A DNA stretch of 32,374 bases. Source: Candidatus Limnocylindrales bacterium (lineage in GTDB: Bacteria; Moduliflexota; Moduliflexia; Moduliflexales; JAUQPW01). Shown piece after piece: positions 26,294-32,374 of the stretch; within the stretch, counting starts at the first letter, position 1, and every line of letters starts with the position of its first letter. A model generated the notes under the pieces. It searched no databases, was not told where the DNA came from, and saw only the letters and a program-made list of their open reading frames with translations. A program made the position numbers and the translations under genes. The stretch covers positions 124,001 through 156,374 of the forward strand of contig DATMBG010000017.1 in assembly GCA_035559535.1 (NCBI GenBank), in the 5' to 3' direction.

Positions 26294-27640
26294 TCAGATA
26301 GAGATCTGTCTCTTTTTCTGGCTTTTCCGGGAACTCTGGATTCGGATATTCTGTTGAACCAAAGCGTCCTGGAGCATACGATAAAATAGTTCTCGATCCG
26401 GTCCACGTACAACAGCTTTTTCATGGGCTTCAGCTAGGCTCACCGGGTATCCCTGCCCCTTTTCAACCTGATCATAAATAACGGCATGGGTTAAAGCCAG
26501 TAAATTTTGGTCCCTGGCGACCCATTCTGGGATTTCTACCCGGGCAATTTCGGAACCTACATTCAAATAAAAGAAGTAGATACTATGAGGACCGTAATTT
26601 TTCAGAATTTTAGAGGTGCTTTTGAAAACGGTTGAACGTTCTCCGGGTTCCAGAAGGTACGAGAAAATAACCTGATCGATAACCCCCTGGATGGGCTCAC
26701 AGGGGAGTTCAGGAAGATCTCGATAGGGGCACTTATCACAATTTACAAAGTACTCGGGGCACATTCCTACACGAAGCGTGTGAATAACATCTGCACTCCG
26801 GGGATAGCTAATATACCCGGCAATGGGGACCTGCCATTTCTGAAAACTATCCAATACCTTCAAAAATTCCTTTAAGATATAGGCACTGAAATCTTCCGGT
26901 GTTGCCTCCAGGTGCCAGAATATCAAAGTTCCATCATAGAGGGCTACTTGTGGAGACACGGGGACGTGGGGACGCGGGGACGTGGGGATATAATAGGGAT
27001 GGGGAGAATCATCTCCTACTCTAAGATCACTTTGTTCCGGTATCTTTGTATCGTAATTTATTCCGTATTTCCCTATCTCCCTATCCCCAGGCTCTCCTGT
27101 CCCCATATTCTCTTGTTCCCGTATCTCACATTGCTCCCGTGTCTCTGTAGCCAGGCGGACCAGCTCTTGAAATTCCATGAGATTCCGTAAAATCCCAACC
27201 ATCTCTCCATCCACGGGAACTTTATGTCGATTCCATTCTTTATAAAGATCTTCTTCTCTATAAAAGAGGGTGGGACGACTGGTCAAGAGGGGCCTTTCAC
27301 CGGTTCCATAATGAAGGACAACGGAACTAATGTTGATAAGATAACAGAGGGCGATCTCGTGTCGATCCGGGAAAATCTGCGAGCCATCTGTTGCTATAAC
27401 GGTAAACTGTTTGGGTTTTGGAGGAAGGGGAGAGAAGGCTGTAAGGGGTTCAGAAAAATCCTGGGCGGTTAACCAAGAGGTTTTACTTTGACTTAGCTTG
27501 AAGTTAAGAAGCGGCCAATCCTGCCAGCGTTTAAGTTCTTCCAGGGCTTTTTCAACTTTTTTTTGATAAAGATTCTGATGGGATTTTTGCTCTCCCACCA
27601 TGTAAACAATCTGTTTTTTGACAGCAGAAAAATCTAACAC
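26294..27640 (-). CDS. nurA: NurA-family DNA double-strand-break repair nuclease with a repeat-derived in-frame insertion
   Basis: ATDGSQI, second acidic motif LYDGTL, ARVE.P.W, GYP..LAEAH. GTG start. Confidence 0.9.
   Translation of the reverse strand: MLDFSAVKKQIVYMVGEQKSHQNLYQKKVEKALEELKRWQDWPLLNFKLSQSKTSWLTAQDFSEPLTAFSPLPPKPKQFTVIATDGSQIFPDRHEIALCYLINISSVVLHYGTGERPLLTSRPTLFYREEDLYKEWNRHKVPVDGEMVGILRNLMEFQELVRLATETREQCEIREQENMGTGEPGDREIGKYGINYDTKIPEQSDLRVGDDSPHPYYIPTSPRPHVPVSPQVALYDGTLIFWHLEATPEDFSAYILKEFLKVLDSFQKWQVPIAGYISYPRSADVIHTLRVGMCPEYFVNCDKCPYRDLPELPCEPIQGVIDQVIFSYLLEPGERSTVFKSTSKILKNYGPHSIYFFYLNVGSEIARVEIPEWVARDQNLLALTHAVIYDQVEKGQGYPVSLAEAHEKAVVRGPDRELFYRMLQDALVQQNIRIQSSRKSQKKRQISI
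26953..27145. repeat. Inverted octamer-repeat element (GGGGAC.. family) inside the nurA reading frame
   Basis: Perfect outer 10-bp IR GAGACACGGG (26953-26962) and CCCGTGTCTC (27136-27145). Tandem GGGGACGT/GGGGACGC units on one arm and decayed 8-nt-periodic complements on the other. Confidence 0.8.
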
Positions 27641-27733
27641 AGCCGATCCGTTATCTGTCGTCCATTGTTCGTCGTTGTCGGAAGGATAAGCCTTTAGTTA
27701 CTTAAACAGCAGGCCATAACAACAAACAAGGAA

Positions 27734-28459
27734 CTAAGGAGCCAGTTTTTCTATAGATCCGAGGTTTTTTGCAGACTCGGAAAGGGAATAAAAACGCTGG
27801 TTAGATCTCCTATCTGCTTCTAACTCAGCTTCTAGGTGTTGAAGCCTTAACTCCAGAATTTGTCTGGAGACTCCAAATTTATGACAAAGCTCGTTTTCAT
27901 GGTGATAGAGATTTAATAAATTCGGACCTCCGGTAAGCCGAAAGATTTCTCCTCGAGGCACCAGAATGGCTGCAGCATAATAACTGGCCTGGATTTCCAG
28001 AGGGTGATAGGTATCCAATGGATTGCAGAACAGGGGTCCAGATAACAAGGGCGCAGTGGGTTCAGATGAAACATGTAGGAGATCATCCCATCCGGCATTA
28101 AAGGCGCCCTCTGGACGATAGTGAAGGGCATAATGTCCACCTGCATGGGCAATGGCAAAACGACAAAACTCTTCTGTCATGCCCGCATAACCGGTATTGA
28201 TGAGAATAACCTTATCTTTTCCCTGAAAAAAACACTTCTCAGGATATAACCCTCCCCACGTATTCTGGGTTGAGACCTTTTTAAGGGATTCTTCTTGGGT
28301 TAGATCAATAAAGTCTATCTGAAGCCCAAAAATACGCTGAAAAACATCCCCAACATTTAAAGGAAATTCTAAATTAAAATCTCCCGTATAACTTCGATAT
28401 CTCCATAAATCCTGTTCTGCTACCTTCTGAATAACTTGCTTAGGAATAAATTCAACCAT
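27734..28459 (-). CDS. ImmA/IrrE-family metallopeptidase-like protein with altered HExxH (HAGGH)
   Basis: ILIN......RFAIAHAGGHYALH, E.QASYYAAAILVP, L...FGVS......RL. RBS AGGAGG. Confidence 0.8.
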   Translation of the reverse strand: MVEFIPKQVIQKVAEQDLWRYRSYTGDFNLEFPLNVGDVFQRIFGLQIDFIDLTQEESLKKVSTQNTWGGLYPEKCFFQGKDKVILINTGYAGMTEEFCRFAIAHAGGHYALHYRPEGAFNAGWDDLLHVSSEPTAPLLSGPLFCNPLDTYHPLEIQASYYAAAILVPRGEIFRLTGGPNLLNLYHHENELCHKFGVSRQILELRLQHLEAELEADRRSNQRFYSLSESAKNLGSIEKLAP

Positions 28460-28634
28460 AAAATCCTCCTGAGCCTAAAACTAACTCTATTTGAACTTCT
28501 ACCGGAGTCTTACTGGAGATTTAATACGATTTTTACTAAAATCTCCTTAACCCTCTAACCATTTCCATGGTTTTTAGAGCTTATGGGATAAGTTATACGT
28601 TTTCTACCTTGGATTCACCTAATCTTGGCCTTTT

Positions 28635-28663
28635 AGGCTAACAAGTCCCCGGTACCTTGTCAA
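28635..28663 (-). promoter_or_regulatory. Putative sigma70 promoter for the IrrE-like/nurA/HAS/herA unit
   Basis: Minus strand TTGACA (28663-28658), 17-nt spacer, TAGCCT (28640-28635) with extended -10 TG. Confidence 0.55.
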
Positions 28664-28906
28664 CTTTTTTTTAAAATTTTTGTCCAATAAAATAATGGCA
28701 TGGCTTTCCAAGAGGAAAATACTATTATATGTATTGATTACCGTTTTGTCCTAAAAATTACACCCGGCACAAAAGTTTTAAAAGAGTGGTATTCTTATCC
28801 CAAGGTAAGTATGCAAATTTCAAACCAAATAAAAGCAAACTATACCGATGAAGATGAGAAGTAAACTCAGATTGGATGGTAAATGCTTCCCATCTACCCA
28901 AGGCCT

Positions 28907-29755
28907 ATGAAAAAAATACCTTTTTTAAAAATGAGTGGAAGTGGAAACGATTTCATCCTGATTGATAATCGAAACCAGGTAGTGGACAAAACCCGACTCA
29001 AGGAATTTATCTACAAAGTCTGTCGACGGGCTGTTTCGGTAGGAGCGGATGGACTCATTCTCATAGAGAATCCCGATGAAGAAGATGCTCGAAGAGGGCT
29101 TGCTCATTTTAAATGGCATTATTATAATGCCGACGGGGGAGAAGCCGAGATGTGTGGGAATGGGTCCCGGTGTGCAGCCCGGTTCGCATATCTTAAAGGA
29201 ATTGCTCCAAGGAAAATGGCTTTTCGAACCCTGGCGGGAATTATTCAAGCCGAACTAACCAATGAACGTAGGGTGAAGGTACAACTCGGTGATCCTAAAG
29301 ATCTTCGATTAAACTTTCCCCTCGATATCGATGGAGAAACCTGGAAAGTTCACTTTATCAATACGGGAGTTCCTCATGTCGTCTATTTTTTAGACGATAT
29401 AGAACGGGTGGATGTCGTCGGTCTGGGAAGAAAAACGCGCTACCATAAGGAATTTCAACCTGCCGGAACCAATGCAAACTTTGCCGAGGTTTTGAATAAA
29501 CACGCCCTCAAGCTTCGAACTTATGAGCGCGGCGTTGAGAATGAAACCCTGGCCTGTGGAACCGGTTCTGTGGCTGCGGCACTTATTGCCAGCGAGTTGG
29601 GATGGACGGTTTCTCCGGTAGATGTTCATGTTCGAAGTGGTGAAATCTTGAAGATTTATTTTGAAAAGACCGGTGATCGTATAAGCAAGGTCTTTATGGA
29701 AGGTGACGTTCGCGTCATCTATGAAGGGGAAATGTGGGAAGAGGCCTGGGAGTAA
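28907..29755 (+). CDS. dapF: Diaminopimelate epimerase
   Basis: F.KMSGSGNDF, GADG, NADGGEAEMCGNG, NTGVPH, RTYERG, TLACGTG. ATG 28907 preferred over 28883. Confidence 0.96.
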   Translation: MKKIPFLKMSGSGNDFILIDNRNQVVDKTRLKEFIYKVCRRAVSVGADGLILIENPDEEDARRGLAHFKWHYYNADGGEAEMCGNGSRCAARFAYLKGIAPRKMAFRTLAGIIQAELTNERRVKVQLGDPKDLRLNFPLDIDGETWKVHFINTGVPHVVYFLDDIERVDVVGLGRKTRYHKEFQPAGTNANFAEVLNKHALKLRTYERGVENETLACGTGSVAAALIASELGWTVSPVDVHVRSGEILKIYFEKTGDRISKVFMEGDVRVIYEGEMWEEAWE

Positions 29756-30065
29756 AGAAGGTCAGAGTTTAAATTCAGAGGTTATTCTGACTTCCGAATT
29801 TTTTAATTTTATCGAACTATCTGGCTTATAGAAACTTTTCCCCTGGCCGTGCGTCTACCAAAGTAGAGGAAATTACAAATAACCAGGTTTAAATCGGAGG
29901 TTGTAACCCAAATGGTCGTTTTGAGAACGGCGTTTTGGAATTGCAACTCCGGCTAGAGGGATACCCATTTGCCTTTCATACCATAGAGGCAGGATTCAAC
30001 CTTGCCGCTATGGAATTTATTAATAACCCTGCGAAATGCAATGGGAAGAAAATATTTAACTACTA

Positions 30066-30255
30066 CCCTTACCCCCGACCCCTCTCCCGAGGCTTCGGGA
30101 GAGGGGGGTATTTGGGAAGTTGACCCGGAGATCTTCTCGCTCCCCTCTCCGCCCCCACCCCTTCCCTCCCCGTGGACGGGGAGGGTGAGGGAGGGGGAGA
30201 GGGGCCGGGGGTAAGGGCCACTTAAAAGTTAAGCCAAAACTAAGTAAACAGTGTA
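30066..30255. mobile_element. Chimeric GC-rich palindromic/MITE-like element ending in the TIR family 2 end
   Basis: Outer arms at 30066-30088 and about 30194-30217. 33 nt identical to 14511-14543. 30220-30252 is 32/33 identical to 14574-14606. GGAGATCTTCTCGC is shared with 14706-14719. Confidence 0.72.
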
Positions 30256-30306
30256 CTGTTATCAGGTAAAAGGGTAAGAATCATTAAAAAATCAAAAGGA
30301 GAAAAA

Positions 30307-31866
30307 TTGACTATGTTTGTTCGTCCAAAACTTTTAATGAGATTAGGATTGCTTATCTTAGGGGGTCTTTTTTTGATCCCATCCCTTACATTAGCTCAAT
30401 CTGTCACTGTAACAGTCCCTGCTAACGTACCCTGGACAGATACCGGCATAACGGTAACGACAGGGCAGATTCTTGATTTTCGAGCGACGGGAGCCTGGTC
30501 CTTTGACCCGAAGGGGAGCGGCATGCATGGCCCCGATGGGGTTAAATCGGTTTCACAAGCTGGTCCCGGTTTTCCTTTTCCAAGTCAACCTCCCGGTATT
30601 TTATTGCTTAAAGTGGGTAACCATATCCGTGCGGTAGGATCCAGCGCTGAACTCAAGATGACGGAAAGTGGCAAGCTTTTTCTGGGAATCAACGACTCTG
30701 GAGTAAGTGATAATCAGGGCGCTGTGGTTGTTACCATAAAAACCAAGGCCGGTCGGATGATAGGTCCTACGCCTAGTAGTACAGCCACAACCCCCCTTCC
30801 CCAGTCTACAACGAGTACCGTGGGAACCGGTTACGCCCAATCTTCTGTATTGGCTCAGTCCCCTCAGAGTGTTACGATCCAGGTTCCTGCCAATGTACCC
30901 TGGACGGATACTGGGATATCGGTTATAGCCGGTCAGGTTTTTGACATTCGAGCAACGGGAACCTGGTCCTTTGATCCCGTGGGAAGTGGTATGCATGGCC
31001 CCGATGGAGTCAAAACTGTCAGCAGAGCCGGAAGTAGTTTTCCTCTTCCTGTACAACCTCCAGGAATTTTGCTGGCTAAGGTAGGAAATCAGATACGTCC
31101 GGTGGGATCCGCTACGGAATTGACTATGCCCGGAAGTGGGGAACTTTTTCTAGGAATTAACGATTCCGGGGTTGAGGATAACCAGGGGGTTCTGACAGTC
31201 ACTATTACCCCCCGGGGAAGTTCCACGCTCACACAAACCGCCAATCCTCCTTCCCCTACAACCCAAACTATTACCATCCATGTACAGGATCAAAATAAGA
31301 CCCCTCTGGCAGGATACTGGGTTTGGGTTTATTCCGGACCGACCTCCAATCCAGAGAAGTGGGGAGATACCCAAACCGATCGGCAAGGCAATGCGACCTT
31401 CAACCTTCCCAATGGGAGCTATCGTGTGTATGTATCCCGTAACTCCCGAGGAACCGATCAACTGGCGGAACAGGCTTTTTCCGTTCCTACCGGTGAGGGG
31501 GGTGGTAATCAATTAACCGTAACCATAGCAACGACAGCTCTTAAATCGATTCCAAGTTCACAACCTCCACAACCCCAGGTGACAGCCCCTACCTCCCAGC
31601 CATCCCAACCTTCTACTGCACTTAGTGTTCACTTGCAGGATCGGAAAAAAAGACCTCTGGCAGGTTATGGAATCACCGTTTATGCCGTTCCGGGAGGACA
31701 AAAGGTGGCAGAAGGTCAGACCGACGCGCAGGGTAATCTTACTTTAACACTTCCCAATGGAACCTATAAAGCCATCGTCACTCAGGGCAATAAACAGGTT
31801 ATGGAGCATAATTTCAAGGTTCCAAATCCCAAGGGTCGTAATCAGTTTACCGTTACCCTTAAATAA
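30307..31866 (+). CDS. Secreted protein with two tandem LecA/PA-IL-like domains and two prealbumin/carboxypeptidase-regulatory-like beta domains
   Basis: Signal peptide ending LTLA-Q. Two highly similar repeats of about 110 aa (VPANVPWTDTGI...RATG.W...G.LFLGINDSGV.DNQG). Two V..QD....PLAGY...TD.QGN.T..LPNG.Y repeats. P/T/S/Q-rich linkers. RBS AAGGAG; start TTG 30307 or ATG 30313. Confidence 0.7.
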   Translation: MTMFVRPKLLMRLGLLILGGLFLIPSLTLAQSVTVTVPANVPWTDTGITVTTGQILDFRATGAWSFDPKGSGMHGPDGVKSVSQAGPGFPFPSQPPGILLLKVGNHIRAVGSSAELKMTESGKLFLGINDSGVSDNQGAVVVTIKTKAGRMIGPTPSSTATTPLPQSTTSTVGTGYAQSSVLAQSPQSVTIQVPANVPWTDTGISVIAGQVFDIRATGTWSFDPVGSGMHGPDGVKTVSRAGSSFPLPVQPPGILLAKVGNQIRPVGSATELTMPGSGELFLGINDSGVEDNQGVLTVTITPRGSSTLTQTANPPSPTTQTITIHVQDQNKTPLAGYWVWVYSGPTSNPEKWGDTQTDRQGNATFNLPNGSYRVYVSRNSRGTDQLAEQAFSVPTGEGGGNQLTVTIATTALKSIPSSQPPQPQVTAPTSQPSQPSTALSVHLQDRKKRPLAGYGITVYAVPGGQKVAEGQTDAQGNLTLTLPNGTYKAIVTQGNKQVMEHNFKVPNPKGRNQFTVTLK

Positions 31867-31934
31867 GTAGAAAGAAAAGGCAAGAATCCTCATGTTTAAC
31901 CTGCAGGGGTCTGGATCTTCCCCTTACTTCCCAG

Positions 31935-32083
31935 GCACCAGGATAAGCTGAAAAGCCCTTCTATCAGGGGCAAACAGTTGGTAACCCCCGACTTGCGTCG
32001 GGGGATTCGGAATTTTTCAAGCTCTGTAGGAGCGGCCTGTGAAACAGGTTGCCCCGCCGGGGCTAACCTTCTTATCCTGGTGC
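31935..32083. repeat. IR-bounded element carrying REP-like hairpins
   Basis: Perfect 13-bp IR GCACCAGGATAAG (31935-31947) and CTTATCCTGGTGC (32071-32083). Inside are CCCCGAC-TTGC-GTCGGGG and AGCTCTGTAGGAGC...GCCCCGCCGGGGCT, the latter related to 14308-14322. Confidence 0.65.
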
Positions 32084-32374
32084 TTATGCCCCTGGAGAGG
32101 GATGTTCAGACCGAAAAAAGGCTTCTCCCTTTCTTGACTTGATGCGTAGGGAGTAACCCTTTGGGACTGTCCTGTTTAAGGGCAACCCTGGATGATCTTC
32201 CTGCAGGTCATACGACCTTTCTATTTATAGTATTAACCAATGGTGCTAGTTATTTTAAAGGCTGAATCTGGCTATAGAAAGGGGTATGAAGCCATCCTCA
32301 TTAACTTGCAAGCCATTCCATTGAACCAGCACGTTGAACATAGCCATGGTAAAAGCCAAACGAGCCTGAAAGTA

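Noticed and set aside
26953-27145. Intein or self-splicing intron in nurA
   Set aside because: No C/S...HN-C/S/T intein ends and no group I/II features. It is better explained as a repeat insertion.
23845-27640. Anti-phage HerA system (Sir2-HerA, DUF4297-HerA, Nezha)
   Set aside because: The partner is NurA plus a HAS barrel in a housekeeping context, with no Sir2 or DUF4297 effector and no defence-island neighbours.
28460-28700. LexA box or Deinococcus RDRM operator upstream of the repair genes
   Set aside because: By eye I found no convincing GAAC-N4-GTTC, CTGT-N8-ACAG or RDRM-like palindrome near the predicted promoter.

Overview
A mid-GC chromosomal region from a diderm bacterium (it carries an Omp85/BamA gene). 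In order it holds: the end of a NitT/TauT-type ABC transporter; an Omp85/BamA with about 7 POTRA-like repeats; a ROK kinase, an enlarged phosphohexomutase and a stand-alone GlmU-like acetyltransferase; a DUF29 gene remnant; a Liv-type ABC operon with a LivM-LivG fusion; tyrS; three small enzyme genes; a DNA double-strand-break repair neighbourhood; dapF; and a secreted protein with two LecA/PA-IL-like repeats. The repair neighbourhood is ImmA/IrrE-like (HExxH altered to HAGGH), nurA, a stand-alone HAS-barrel gene and herA, then an inverted orphan livK, then sbcD(mre11) and sbcC(rad50). Two things stand out. (1) All four archaeal-type end-resection components are co-oriented and headed by an apparently catalytically altered IrrE-like protein. 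(2) There is a rich layer of non-coding palindromic elements: inverted 7/8-mer tandem-repeat hairpins at many operon junctions (one translated in-frame inside nurA), and short MITE-like shells with terminal inverted repeats that carry different REP-like hairpin cargo, three stacked at 14225-14780 and a chimera at about 30066-30255. I saw no rRNA, tRNA, CRISPR array or transposase. All family calls come from motif recognition by eye, with no database searches.
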